A stretch of 64,000 nt of DNA from Chrysomallon squamiferum (GCA_012295275.1 CM022679.1:29822001-29886000); one strand, 5' to 3'. Shown: positions 26,455 through 38,565, counted from the stretch's first letter. Translations and numbers: made by a program. The notes: generated by a model from the letters alone, not told the origin.

Positions 26455-29400
26455 TACCAGTTATATTGTAATTAATTACTCACTATTGAATTTTTGGTAA
26501 TTTCTTCTCATTTTTTTTTCTCTTTTTAAAAAACAACAAAAATAGTTGGCTGTTTGCCTGGTTATTTCCGAAATAATAATGACTGTTTGGAATGTGATTA
26601 TGGTTTTTATCAGCCTGACAAAGGGCAAGATAAATGTCTACAGTGTGAAACATCATTCACTACATATAAAAAGGGGTCTACAAATTCCAATGAATGTTTG
26701 CGTAAGTATCTAATATCTATTTTTTTTGTAGATTAATTTGTGAAATGTCTTCCTGAAGCAAGAATTCAAACATTATTTTTAACTGAAACTTTTCTACAGG
26801 AGACGTGATTTCTTTTTTCATTTTTGTTTTTTCCAGACGAGAAATAATATGACTCAGAATGCTTGAACATTTCTTGAAAGTTAATTTCTCAGTACTGCTT
26901 TTAAATTATTTAATACTTTTTTACTTGAACTGACTCTATAATTTAAAAAGGCAATAAAAATTAAAGTAATTATACATCTGATTTTATAGTTGTATACCAT
27001 AAAAATAATGCAGTGAAATTTATTATTGTTAATAATGTACTAAACTGCTTAGTAACTAATATTAGATACTTATACATATTTTTCCATTACAGCTAAATGC
27101 AAAGCTGGTGAGGAGATGGTCAACAAGGTTTGTACTCCCTGTCAACGTGGCTATTACCAGGACAACCAGAACAAAGAGAATTACAAGTGTACATTGTGTC
27201 CTGTTGAGTTTATTACTGTTGGGACAGGAGCTACAAGTAAATCTGACTGTTCTATAGGTAAGATTTTGTAATAAGCAAATCATTTTATTATAAATGATCT
27301 TTGAAAAAAAAAAAAAATTTCATTTAATGTACAATCTTCTGAATGTTAGGTCTAAAATTATTACTTTTATGGTAGTTACTACTGTTCCTTAGTAATAAGA
27401 ACTGTTCATTTCATACAATGAAATTTTGGAAATATAGCTGAAAATGAAAACCTTTCATTAAATTTCAAACAAAATTATTAATAATATATATCATGTTGCT
27501 AGCAAAACTTTGTAAATAAGTAGCACGGGTAATTTGTTTAGCAAGTAAGCAGTATATAGAGAAATATCACTTATAATATTTTAATATATTTTAACATTTC
27601 ACAGCAAACTGCACAACCCCTGGTTACTACAGAAGTCGTTTTACTAATCAGTGTACAAAGTGTGATCGAGGCAGCTATCAGAATGAAAAATGGATGGAGT
27701 CCTGTATCCATTGTTCAAACAATTATACAACTAAAGAGAAAGGAAGTACATCAGCTGCAAGTTGTCTTCGTATGTTGTGGATTTTTTTTTTTTTTTATCT
27801 GAATATAAACACTGTAAAAGAAAGAGGTTTGACAGTTACTGGAAAAATTATGTTTTAGTGGACTATGACATTTTTGTTCAGCTTTTGTGAAAATTTTAAA
27901 ATAATTACTAAGAGAATTGATGTTAATTTTTTACTTGCTTGCCACTTAGAATAAAAATAGAACAAACAGACATGAATCACAGTTAATGTTATGCTTCTAA
28001 CAAAGTTTATCTTGTCTAGGGATGAAATTTCAACAGAACATTTTACAATAGCATTTACAGGTTACATAACTTGATAAAATTTAAGAACAAATTGTCAACA
28101 ATTTTTATGTTTTAACTTAATATCCAGTCTTAATAAATTCCATTTATAGTTTTAAATTATTTAAAGATGTTATTTCTTTATAAATTGTTTTGAAATCAGT
28201 TGTCATTGTATTAGAAGAAATTTGTTCTGCCATTGAGAAGTAATCATTTTTGTGGAGTAATTTGGTTTCAGTAACAAAAATTAAATCTGAACTTTTTACA
28301 ATTTAAGGTAACTGTCCATCTGGACAGGAACTCGATGAAGTTAATGACCATTGTGTGGACTGTCCAGCTGGTACATACCGTGATAGTTCCAAGACCTGGA
28401 AGTGTGCTAATTGTACCAATGGCTTGACCACACAAGGAACAAAAGCTGTTTCAGTTAATGAATGTTCTGTTTGTAAGTATTTATCAAAATATATATATAT
28501 ATATTTTTTGTTAATGATTAGAATCTTGACAACTTCACAAATATTATTATAACATTTAAAAGTCCCCCCAAATTTTTATGGTTCATATAAAGTTATTGAG
28601 AGTATTTTCTGCAATATGCAATGGATATATTATCATCTTGTGAACATTGGTAATATAAAGTCAGAATCATTCAGATGTGTTGTTTTTATAGGATTTAGTT
28701 GTTTTTATTTTGTAATGTATGTGTATATTTGGATAATAATACTGATTTAATCTCATTTCAATTAAATTTCAATCTTTTTTCAGCACCATGCACTGCAGGT
28801 CAGTATTTCAGTCATACTGAAAGTTCCTGTGAGTTGTGTCCTAAAGATACATATCAACCTGCTGCAAATTCCTTTTCATGTGAGTCTTGTCCAGGAGGAT
28901 ATTTTACAAATGGAACTGGCAAGACATCAAGATCTGACTGTAAAGGTGTAAATTCATATGCTGACTTCAAATCAAACTATAATGTATAATTTAAAATATC
29001 ATATTTCATAATAATTAATGAAATCGTTGTCATCATTTTAATAAAAAAAATTTAAAAAGATATACGCCCAAAACAGTGATTTGACATATTACAGATGTTT
29101 TTATATTTAATAGAATATTTAAACAGAATATTTATTTCTTAAAAATAAAACAAAATCAATTTATAATTTGACAAGAATTTAAATTTGGACATACTGAATT
29201 TATTCAAAATATTTACAGGCCTTTGTGAAATAAACAAGCCAAAGTGTTCCATACATGCTACATGTAAAAATACTCCAAATGCTTCTGTATGCATATGCAA
29301 CTCTGACTATGTAGGAAATGGAACTGTTTGTGAATGTAAGTATCAACAGATAAAGATTATAATCACATTTTCTGCAGTGGATATATTATTAATGTAATTA

Positions 29401-32400
29401 CTGTCATCTTGTGTACATTCATATTAGAAAGTCAAAATCATCCAGATGTATTTTTTGTATAGGATTTTGTCATTTTTCAGAGAAAAGGAAAAAAAATAAC
29501 ATAAAAAAATGGAAAGAAAACCATAAATATGCTCTACATATTCCTAGAAGTAATTTTAGTCATATAAATATAAACTGTATATTATGGTAAGAAATATAAA
29601 AACATTTAACAAGAATTAGGAAATTCATTTTGTTCTGCAGTGTTAGCATTAATTTCTTTCAGTCAGTTAATGCCAGATTAATATTTCAGTTACCTGTCCA
29701 CCGGGAATTTCCGATGATGTATCTGAGTATTAATTTACCAGTTCTGGTTAGAAGAAATACTGCATCAGTGAAAAAATTGATAAATATAAACATGTGAAAA
29801 ACTACATCACTTTTATACCAAAGTAACAAATCAGATTAATCTATCAAATTTATTTTCATTGTGGGATTAATATTGTGACGAATGGTGTTAATACAGCTTT
29901 TATTTGTTTTTTGATATCAAATTTTGAGGAAAACAGTTTACAAAACCTACAAGCATTGTGTTGTTTTTTACATTTCAAAGAAAAAAGTTATGTGCTATTA
30001 AATGAAAAATACAATCTCATACTTAATAAATCTAATGTAAACTTTATCATTAGCAAAGATTGGTCAGTAGTTTTTAATAAAGGAAGAGCCTGCAAGTACA
30101 ATTACAAAATGTTTTAGGCCATTTGAAAATACCATTCAGTTTGGAATTTGTTATGGTCATTGAGGAAAGGCATTTAACTTGAGAAATGTGAGTGTAACTA
30201 ATATTCTACTTTTGTAAACAATAATAGTAAAAAAAGTGTTTTTACTAATAAACGTTTTTTGTTTTTCAGTTGTGTTATTTATTATTATTTTATTTTCAGA
30301 TATTAAATCAGATGCACTGCCAGAAAAAATAATTTATATTATTATTGGGAGTGTTTCTGGGATCGTTGTTACATCTTTCGTATTTATAGTCATCATTTTA
30401 CTGTTACGAAGGCAAGGTTGTTTAATTTCTAAAATAGGTAAGATAACTGCTCACTTAATTCGCAGTCTAAACTGTTTTAGATCTTTATATTTTTTACTTT
30501 ATTAATCTGTGTTTTAAAAGCAAATAGAGTGTTAACAATCATTGATACAAAAGCTGTATGAAAGTAAAGTTATGTCCTGTACAAGTTCAGGGAAATGATC
30601 TGCTGAGTGAGATATACAACAGGCCAGGTGACAGGATAAAGCAGGGGTAAAATATAACTAAAATTCAGAAGCCTGTAAAATTAAACTGACAATGATAGTA
30701 AATATGAACAGTTCTATGGTAACATGCTATTTTGTCTAAACTGAACTGTCAGCTTAGTTCTCCTTCCTGGAATCAGTACAATGATGGTGATTCAACATAT
30801 AAAGTTACCTTCAAATCTTTTAGCTCGCTATTCTGTTTTAAGCTGTTTCTGGGTTTTCTGCACTTAAAAAAACATATTTATATTTGTGTCTTTGTGTAAA
30901 TATGTATACTTGTGTCTGTGTAATGATATCTACATTTGTGTCTATTTAATAATATGTATAACTGTCTGTATATAAGTAAGTATATTTGTCTCTGTATAAA
31001 AATGTTATATCTGAGTTTGTATACTAAGTACATTTGTGTCTGTATAATGATATGTATATTAGTGTCTGTGTAATAATAAATATTCTGTGTTTTTATGATA
31101 TATATATTTGTGTCAGTGTGTAAGTTATATATTGTGGCATAGTTTTATTCATTTCTGAGATTTTGTGTCTCTGTTGTTTCTTTCTTCTTCTTCTGTTCTT
31201 AATTAGCTATTATTAATGATAACTTAAAGTCATCAGCTTAACATTTTTCCTTCCACTGTCAGAACTTTCTATTCATGAGAATCCACAAAACATGTATCCA
31301 TGGATCAGAGACCATATGAAAAACAGTTTAAAAATGTCTGAGAAGCAGTGTTGTCAAAGACTGCAGACTTAATTTTATTTTTATCACCACTGCATAATAA
31401 TTTTAAACAATAATAAATAGTAAGTGGTAACTTTATATTTTGATTCTTGAACTTATTTCAGTCATCCACTAAGCACTCTCAGGTCATGTGACAGTGATGC
31501 TGAAGAGAATATTACTGAGAATGTGTCCAAGTCACTGACTAATATACAGTAGTTTAGCACAGTATTACAACTCAGTGGTACATTTATACTGGTAATTTTA
31601 TGCAGGTTATTTTATAAATATTTACATCTGAATACAGTTGGCTAGCTGCTTTATAATGCAAAATGTTTAATTTTGTTTTTCAGATAAAAAGCAGGATGAA
31701 ACATATACGTAAGTGTAACTTGTTGTATTTTGCTTTTAAATTCACAGTAAAGTGTGAAATGGATTAAATTTATCATTTTATTAATTAATTTTATTTATTG
31801 TTTTTAATTAATTAATTCTATATACTGTTTTTGATTAATTAATTAACTTATTTACTTATTCATCTCTGTTGTAGACATCTAGATAACAGGAGGAGAGAAG
31901 AGGTTAGCAGTGGTATGTAAAATGTCATTCATTCTATGAATATTAAAATTTTGTTTGTGTCTGTCGCTTGTGTTGTAAGTCTGTATTACTTTAGGTAACA
32001 GTTAATTATTTTGAAAGCATAACTAATTATTTGATCCCAAAAACTTATTTTCAAAATCTACCTTAATAATTATTTATGACTTATTTGTTATAGTTCCACT
32101 ATGCATGCAGTGACTATGTACCAAATCTGTAGTGACAGTGTGTTAACATACACTAATTTTGATACTGGTTTTAATATTATGACTAATCAAAGTATTTTAC
32201 CATTTGATACAGGAACTCATAATGAAGCGGCATATGATTACTTGGATCTTTATGAAGTTGCAAATGAAACTAACCTGAATAACAGTGATCAGGAATCCAG
32301 ACAGAGTGTTCAGTCTGAGTCAGACACACTTACAGAGCCAGATCATTCTTATGACAGCCTCCAGGAACGAAGAGAAAGACCATATGCTACACTGAAACCC

Positions 32401-32421
32401 TACGAAAATGTGGAAAACTGA
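3861..32421 (+). CDS. Uninflatable/SVEP1-like multidomain type-I transmembrane receptor (44 coding exons from 3861, 6810 nt including stop, ~2270 codons; 5'-most exon uncertain)
   Basis: Exons joined by hand at AG/GT (one GC) sites give one continuous phase-consistent frame: CLECT-LDLa-CUBx3-sushi-EGFx2-LamG/pentraxin-HYR-sushi-linker(RRRKR)-16 Eph-receptor-like Cys repeats-EGF-TM-Tyr-rich tail, stop TGA ending 32421. The N-terminal CLECT-LDLa-CUB-CUB-CUB-sushi order and the EGF-LamG-HYR-sushi-Eph-repeat block match my recollection of Drosophila Uninflatable; orthology is not established. Confidence 0.88.
5250..5345 (+). CDS. Receptor exon: LDL-receptor class A repeat
   Basis: [31 protein letters not shown]; tag acceptor and gtaag donor, phase 1-1. 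Confidence 0.92.
5569..10380 (+). CDS. Receptor exons: three CUB domains
   Basis: Exons 5569-5702, 7516-7726, 8074-8231, 8548-8746, 9112-9278, 10212-10380. Motifs [75 protein letters not shown]. Confidence 0.9.
6380..7093. mobile_element. Possible solo-LTR-like insertion in a receptor intron
   Basis: Starts tgtgac, ends gtgaca, locally higher GC/CpG, tatataag at ~6804. No target-site duplication visible. Confidence 0.25.
10812..12801 (+). CDS. Receptor exons: sushi/CCP plus two EGF-like repeats
   Basis: 10812-11036 (CKNP...[15 protein letters not shown]...CLYGGEW...PICE), 11656-11763 ([15 protein letters not shown]...YTCACTPG), 12664-12801 ([13 protein letters not shown]...[21 protein letters not shown]). 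Confidence 0.85.
13113..16771 (+). CDS. Receptor exons: LamG/pentraxin, HYR, sushi
   Basis: 13113-13278 (LTISFWVRF), 13773-14012 ([17 protein letters not shown]), 15129-15427 (LVLG...[16 protein letters not shown]), HYR 15706-15840 + 15943-16038 (CPSD...VTWNEPKF...[32 protein letters not shown]), sushi-like 16568-16771. Confidence 0.88.
16999..18844 (+). CDS. Receptor exons: linker domain with polybasic furin site
   Basis: 16999-17263 (contains ITRRRKRAT), 18217-18307, 18748-18844. Phases match across the N gap (AA|T). Confidence 0.8.
17954..18153. other. Assembly gap (200 N)
   Basis: Run of N inside a receptor intron. Confidence 0.99.
19542..28945 (+). CDS. Receptor exons: 16 Eph-receptor-like (GCC2/GCC3-type) Cys-rich repeats, one per phase-1 exon
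   Basis: Exons 19542-19703, 20239-20400, 20581-20739, 20937-21104, 21789-21965, 22481-22642, 22824-23015, 23660-23821, 24318-24491, 24714-24869, 25315-25473, 26546-26701, 27093-27257, 27605-27769, 28308-28472, 28784-28945. Each fits C..G...C..C..G.Y(Q)....C..C.....T...G(S/A)....C; all lengths are multiples of 3. Confidence 0.92.
25665..26070. repeat. Intronic minisatellite, ~73-bp unit, ~5 copies
   Basis: Unit gtacaaatactgatagtatgtagttatcatatattgatagtatctagttatcatgaaggaaggtgcacagtct. Confidence 0.9.
29219..32421 (+). CDS. Receptor exons: membrane-proximal EGF, TM helix, ITAM-bearing cytoplasmic tail
   Basis: 29219-29335 ([17 protein letters not shown]...[15 protein letters not shown]); 30300-30437 ([28 protein letters not shown]); micro-exons 31684-31708 and 31875-31912; last exon 32213-32421. 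Joined tail: [37 protein letters not shown]...[26 protein letters not shown]. Confidence 0.78.
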
Positions 32422-34439
32422 TTTGATCTGTTACATGAATCTTTCATTATTATTCATCATCAACTTACCCTGACTGCTTTCATCTCTGATAGCTTTTGCA
32501 ATTTACAAATTAGTTTTTATACTTTTACTAACTTTATAAACTAAAAGTTTCACTGGACGCATTGACCTTAATTTCCTACTGAGGAAACAAAAGTGATTAC
32601 ATTCTGAAAACTTTCTCATCCTTGTTTAATGTTTGTAACTAAACATTTTCCATTTCACATTGTATCCACTAATGCTTTTGTTCAAAATGAACACTCTTGT
32701 TTCTTGGCTATTATGACACATAACTATTTCTCACTAAAGGCTGAATAAATCATTTTAATCTTTTGATAATAATAAAGTTAAACATATTTAATTAATTTAT
32801 ACTGTAAATAGTTGGAAGAAGCATTTTATACTCTGTGACTTAGAAATATATAGTTAACACTTTGATGTTAATTTTGTTTTTGTGCGGGAGTTGTGTCGGA
32901 CAGGGAGAATTTAAAATAAAAACTAAGTACATTGTTATGAGAATTATATAAATTTAAAGCTTTTCTTCTCAAACTTTTGTTTTATCAAATCCTGACATTA
33001 AACAAATACATTAGACAAATTCAAGTTAAAATACTACTGATAACTAGAGAATACGTGAAAAATGTTTTTATACAAGTAAAAGTAATATCAAAATATATTT
33101 CAGTAGATCAGAAAGATCTTTAAGCTCGATATAAAAGAAAGAAAAAAGTAATTTAATAATACATATAAAAATGTATTATAAAATCAACAGACTATACAGA
33201 AAAGAAGATACCCTTCCACATTTAACTGTTTTTATATAAGTCATAATTAGTGACATGAGGCAACCAAACCTATATAAACAAATATATTTGAGTGCGCGTG
33301 TATATGTATATGTGTGTGTGTCTGTGTACAGACCCATTTACGTCCAAATACACTGGAAGGTACATGCGTTTACAGCACATACATTCTAAGAAGATATATA
33401 CTGAAATCAGAAGACAGACATACATTTGAGAAGGATTTACCTTTGTTGCAGATGTTAGGATACGTATAATAACAAAACTCTTCATAAAAGTCATTCTTGC
33501 AGCAAATAAAGGAGTCCGAGAAAAATAGTTAATATCCGCAAAATATTGATAGATCACAGCTGTACAAACTTCGGTCGACTGCACTGTGTTTCTAAACTAT
33601 ATTTTACAGAGCTTGTAAATCTACCCTGCTAACTGCTGAGTACGACTGACCTTTAATCCACCCTGCAATTTGATCCGCGAAGTTATGTATATACCTTTCA
33701 CAGCATTAAAACAAAAAATGGTTACATTAATATATTTAATGTTTTTTTAAAGGTTCTAAAATTGAAGATAAGTTTTGAGAAAATCTCTCGTGCGCCAGCA
33801 GATCAAATACATGTAGCCACCATATTGTTATTTCATACACTTTTTACAAAGAAAGAGAGAAACAAATGTATTATACGTTAAACAGTGTAAGTTCGTAACT
33901 TTTTCTTTTTTCTCAATAGCTTCTTGGTTGTCAGTTTTAATTGTAAATATTTTTTTTTATATATATCCTTTATTTACTCATATCCGATAATCTTATTTAT
34001 TTTCAAAGTAATTATTTGTTCTGCAAAACGTAATTTAAACATACAATATAGCGAGCTCATACTAGGCTTGGAGATGTAGTAATATGCATCGATACATATT
34101 TCCAGTTCTCTGTACTTAAAACTACATTAAACATAATAAGCAAATATAATTCAAGCAATTATTTATCGTTTCCTAAAAAGTAAAGTACAACAACAACAAT
34201 AATAATATATACGCGCAAATCTGTTTATCTGTGTATTAGTGACATGCAGCATAGAAATTATTTTTACGCCTTTGGCTGGAGTTATAGCCTTGATCGACTC
34301 ATTCTGCTTCAGCATGGTACGTATCGTAAAAGTACTATGCTCGTACTGCCTAGCCATGTTGACTACGTGTACACCTCGCTCATGTTTTCTATGATTTCAG
34401 GCTTTAATTCAATCCTCTTCATCTCAGCACTGTCCTCAT

Positions 34440-34710
34440 TTTCTTAGGATCCATGGAAATTTGGCAAAATACTGCACAAAACGCGAACACAACACATCAG
34501 AGATGCTTCCACGGCGAGGTAACCACGTAAGCAAATGAGTGAAATGCGGGATGCTCGGCGGATGTGTGTTGTTCGTTGCACCAACTAGCGACGGCATATC
34601 TGAAGCTCGCTCGTAACTCGGATTTTGGCTCGCAAAAAATCTACCGGGCAACTGCTCGTATCTCGGAAAATTCATTAGTTGGATCACTCGTAACTCGATT
34701 TACCACTGTA
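34440..34710. mobile_element. Terminal fragment of a Tc1/mariner-superfamily (Tigger/pogo-like) DNA transposon
   Basis: CpG-rich segment with repeated ctcgta(a/t)ctcg sub-terminal motifs, ending ...taccactg followed by TA (reverse strand TA-CAGTGG...). Partner end not located. Confidence 0.55.
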
Positions 34711-34942
34711 TACATGCATACATGCATACATACATACAGACATACATATGCATACATGCATATTGTTATGTAATATATATGTATGTAATATTATATATAT
34801 ATGTTTGTGTGTGTGTTGTGTTGCTAACTGAAATACAGTTAGTAAATGGAATAAATCGATTTTTACAACCATATAATCGTGAGTAAAATTTATGTTCATT
34901 AAAATTAAATGTTATACATTTTTCTATATATATATATATATA

Positions 34943-34981
<39 letters not shown>

Positions 34982-35619
34982 CGGAACTCAATTCTTCTTA
35001 TTATTATTATTTTTGTTACAGGATCATTTACTCACCCAACAATATTACTGAAATTACTTGTGAATGTTTATTCTTAATTATTTCTGTATTTCTTCTGACC
35101 TCATTGAATACCGAGCGTGTAAGTAGCAAAGAAAATAGCAACATTTTTTACTGGAAATAGTTCATGTTTCCCAGTGCTGTTATTGAAACTAAATAAGTAA
35201 ATAAATAAATAGGTAAATAATAAATTTTCCATTTTTATTAATAAAATGTAAAAAGAACATTACATATGATTCTAACTCTCACAAGACAAAACTTTAATCA
35301 TCACATATTCTGTTAACTTATTATAATTATTTTAATTGAGGAAATATGATCATTAACTTGTAAAACGGTGTCGTCTCACTTTTCGATGATCCTAACAAAA
35401 ATGTCATTTTACATCATTCAGAAGTTACAAGTATATTTCTTCAGAAAAACGTTTCTCTGATCGAGTACAAGTCTGAAAAGTAAAATAATAATAAAAAATA
35501 TTAATTATTAATTCATTCTAAAGGGGAGAGGGAGAGAGACTAAAATATACAATTCATATCTAAATTACTTTGTGTTTGAAATTTTTTTAATCTTTAAGTA
35601 TGAAATAATTATGTTTAAG

Positions 35620-35679
<60 letters not shown>

Positions 35680-35781
35680 TATAAACAATAAAGTAAGGAT
35701 GACCAAATTGTTTAATTATACAATATAAACCTCGTTAATAGAGGGAGACTTAAAGAGCCAAGTTTTGTACCTGAAAGCTGA

Positions 35782-35945
35782 TTATTTGAACAGTCCAAAG
35801 AAGAGTGAAACCAGTATGAGAGTCACTGACGCAGTCACCATGGTGCCATCTCATGAAATAATAATAATAATAATAGTAATAATAATAATAACAACAATAG
35901 CAACAACAACAATAATAATAATAACAAAAATAAATATAATAATAA

Positions 35946-35976
<31 letters not shown>

Positions 35977-36205
35977 AAAATGAGTAATATCGTATCAGCA
36001 TCAACAACAACAGCAAGTGAGAAAAGGTTGTCATTTTCCAATAATTGTATTAGGTTTGCAAAAGCGTCATTCGTAAACTGGCGAACAATAATTTGTGATA
36101 TAGTGTGTTCAGACAATATTTATTATCTTTTACTTAGACAAATATAAAACTGTAAAGAGCAAAAAGTATAAACTGTAAAATCATGAAAATGTAATATTCA
36201 ACAAC

Positions 36206-36288
<83 letters not shown>

Positions 36289-37003
36289 GACACAGCAAGA
36301 ACACAATCTATATTTATACTACGTTTTCAAGATGTATAAATAATTATTACCACAATAAGCGGAGAGTTGTTGCTTAGCTGCGGTGAACACATCTCCAAAA
36401 CAACCAGAGCTGTCCATACAGTCAACATATGCTGTGTATACCCTAGGATTAAATATATATTTATATATAGATATAAGAATACAACAGTATTATCTCGAGT
36501 TTTAATAAATAAATAACAAAGTTTTAAAATTTCGTTTTAAAAATGGCGTCCACTCACTGACACAGTTTGTTGAGATCCCCGGCTGCAGCAGAAAGATCAT
36601 TTGTATATTTCATTGAACATTTTGTAAGTTCTGTTGTGTTACACTGATCAGTCACCAAAACAGCGACACCTAGTGAGAGAAAAACATGTTTCTATTAGTA
36701 AACTCAGTAATCTCGTTTGCTAAAGTTTTAGAATCACCATTTCTCATATTCTCGCTTTCTTTCTTTATCTTTCTCTATCTTTCTCTTTTCTGTCTTTTTC
36801 TTTTTCATTCTGTTTACCAGTAGATTTATTTCTGTCTCTCCTAATTTACTTCTCTCTGTCTGTTAACGAATGTATTTATTTATATATCTCTGTCTGTCTG
36901 ACTATCTGTCTCTCGATTGATCTATCGATTTATATCTATCAACTTTTTTCTCATCCGTGTTCTCTCTCACTCCCTACGTAATTTGTCTGATTTAGTCGAA
37001 ACT

Positions 37004-37037
<34 letters not shown>

Positions 37038-37114
37038 AAATCAACATTAACACAATAAATTAATCGGTTACACTTACCAAATAAAAGGACTAATACGAAC
37101 ATTACAGTCTTCAT
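35782..37114 (-). CDS. Small secreted 6-Cys protein with GPI-anchor-like C-terminus, copy A
   Basis: Exons 37114-37078, 36669-36558, 36442-36351, 35849-35782: MKTVMFVLVLLFGVAVLVTDQCNTTELTKCSMKYTNDLSAAAGDLNKLCQVYTAYVDCMDSSGCFGDVFTAAKQQLSAYCDGTMVTASVTLILVSLFFGLFK*. GT/AG sites and phases are consistent and conserved across copies. Confidence 0.82.
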
Positions 37115-38261
37115 GTTAGCAGCTAAGTGATCACCAACATACAAAAATGGACCCAGTCAGTCAAAAATTAATGTGCTGCAAAGAAGGTCCGTGAGAAGAT
37201 CTCTCGCATAAAATGATCCGGATACTCAAAGTTTTGATATTTTAAACTGGTCGTCAAGAGACAAACTAAAAGGTACAGCTAGTTGCTAAGGTAAACTAAT
37301 TTTTTTGAGCTCACTCTCGCTTTCTTTATTATTTTTTTCAAAAACTTTTTAAACTTAATTACAGACATCACTTTTGTGTCGGATTTGAATGACAGGATCC
37401 ATCTTTTTGTAACTCAATTTTAATGGTTGTAATAAAATAATAATTCCTTCCCAACGAAATATTTCTAATCAGATCAGATTCAGTATTGGCAAGATCTGTT
37501 TCTTAGGAAGGTTAAACAGACAAAGAGTAGAGCGCACCCTCGTTTTTTCTCTTTCGATTACCTACGCATGAATATGTATGTATATTATGTATGTGTGTGT
37601 TAATGTATGTATTATGTAAATAAGTATGTATGCATGTGTACAATTATGTAGTACTTACGTACGAATAAATGCATATATATATGCATGCATGTATATGCTT
37701 GTGCGCGCATGTTTGTGTGTATGAGTGTAAGATGTGTTTTTTTTCTGTCTGTTGTTGTAGTTGACAACATGCACAGATAAACCGACTGACAGACAGAAAG
37801 TGTATCTAAACACTTAGGTAAGTATAAATAAAGAGGTGTGAATGATTTATCAGTTTTATTGTATTTAACATCACACTTAGCTACAAATCATCTCTCGTGA
37901 TTATCTCCTGTTCAGTTACACAGAAAATCGTTTATCATCACTTTGTGTTAAATAACTAATTTTATAAAAAGAAAGCTATTCCATATATAAATATAAATTG
38001 TGTGTGTGTGTGTACGTATGTGTGTGTGTGTGTTGAAAGTGAAATATACACACATATTTTTGTTTTCTTTTTTCTCTTATTTTTCTTATACAAACGATCG
38101 GATGCTATAATTCCTTGTTTCGAAGATTCTTACCAGAGACCCACTAAGTTATTACCCAATCCATCCTGTCACGATCCACCGATGCATTATCTAAACCTTC
38201 GTTTTGTACTGTTCTTCTAAATCATTTAATATTTTTATTGAGAGAGAGACAGACAGACAGA

Positions 38262-38338
<77 letters not shown>

Positions 38339-38565
38339 TTTCAAAATAAGAAGATATATGAGTAATTTATTCAGTTTTTCTGTATCGTTAATTAACTAAT
38401 AATAATAAAGTAATAATAATAACAACAACAATAATAATAATAATAATGATAATGATAATAATATATTAACAAAGAAGGATGGATGACCAAAGTGTTTAAT
38501 TATACAATATAGACCTCGTTAATAGAGGGAGACTTAAAGAGCCAAGTTTTGTACCTGAAAGCTGA

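Noticed and set aside
32101-32212. 5' part of ORF 32101-32421 (and 63041-62906)
   Set aside because: Lies upstream of the cag acceptor at 32212 and differs by an indel between the two copies; treated as intron.
33270-33584. 104-aa ORF conserved at 61916-62230
   Set aside because: Conservation reflects the recent duplication; the third copy near 1870-2200 is disrupted and there are no recognisable motifs.
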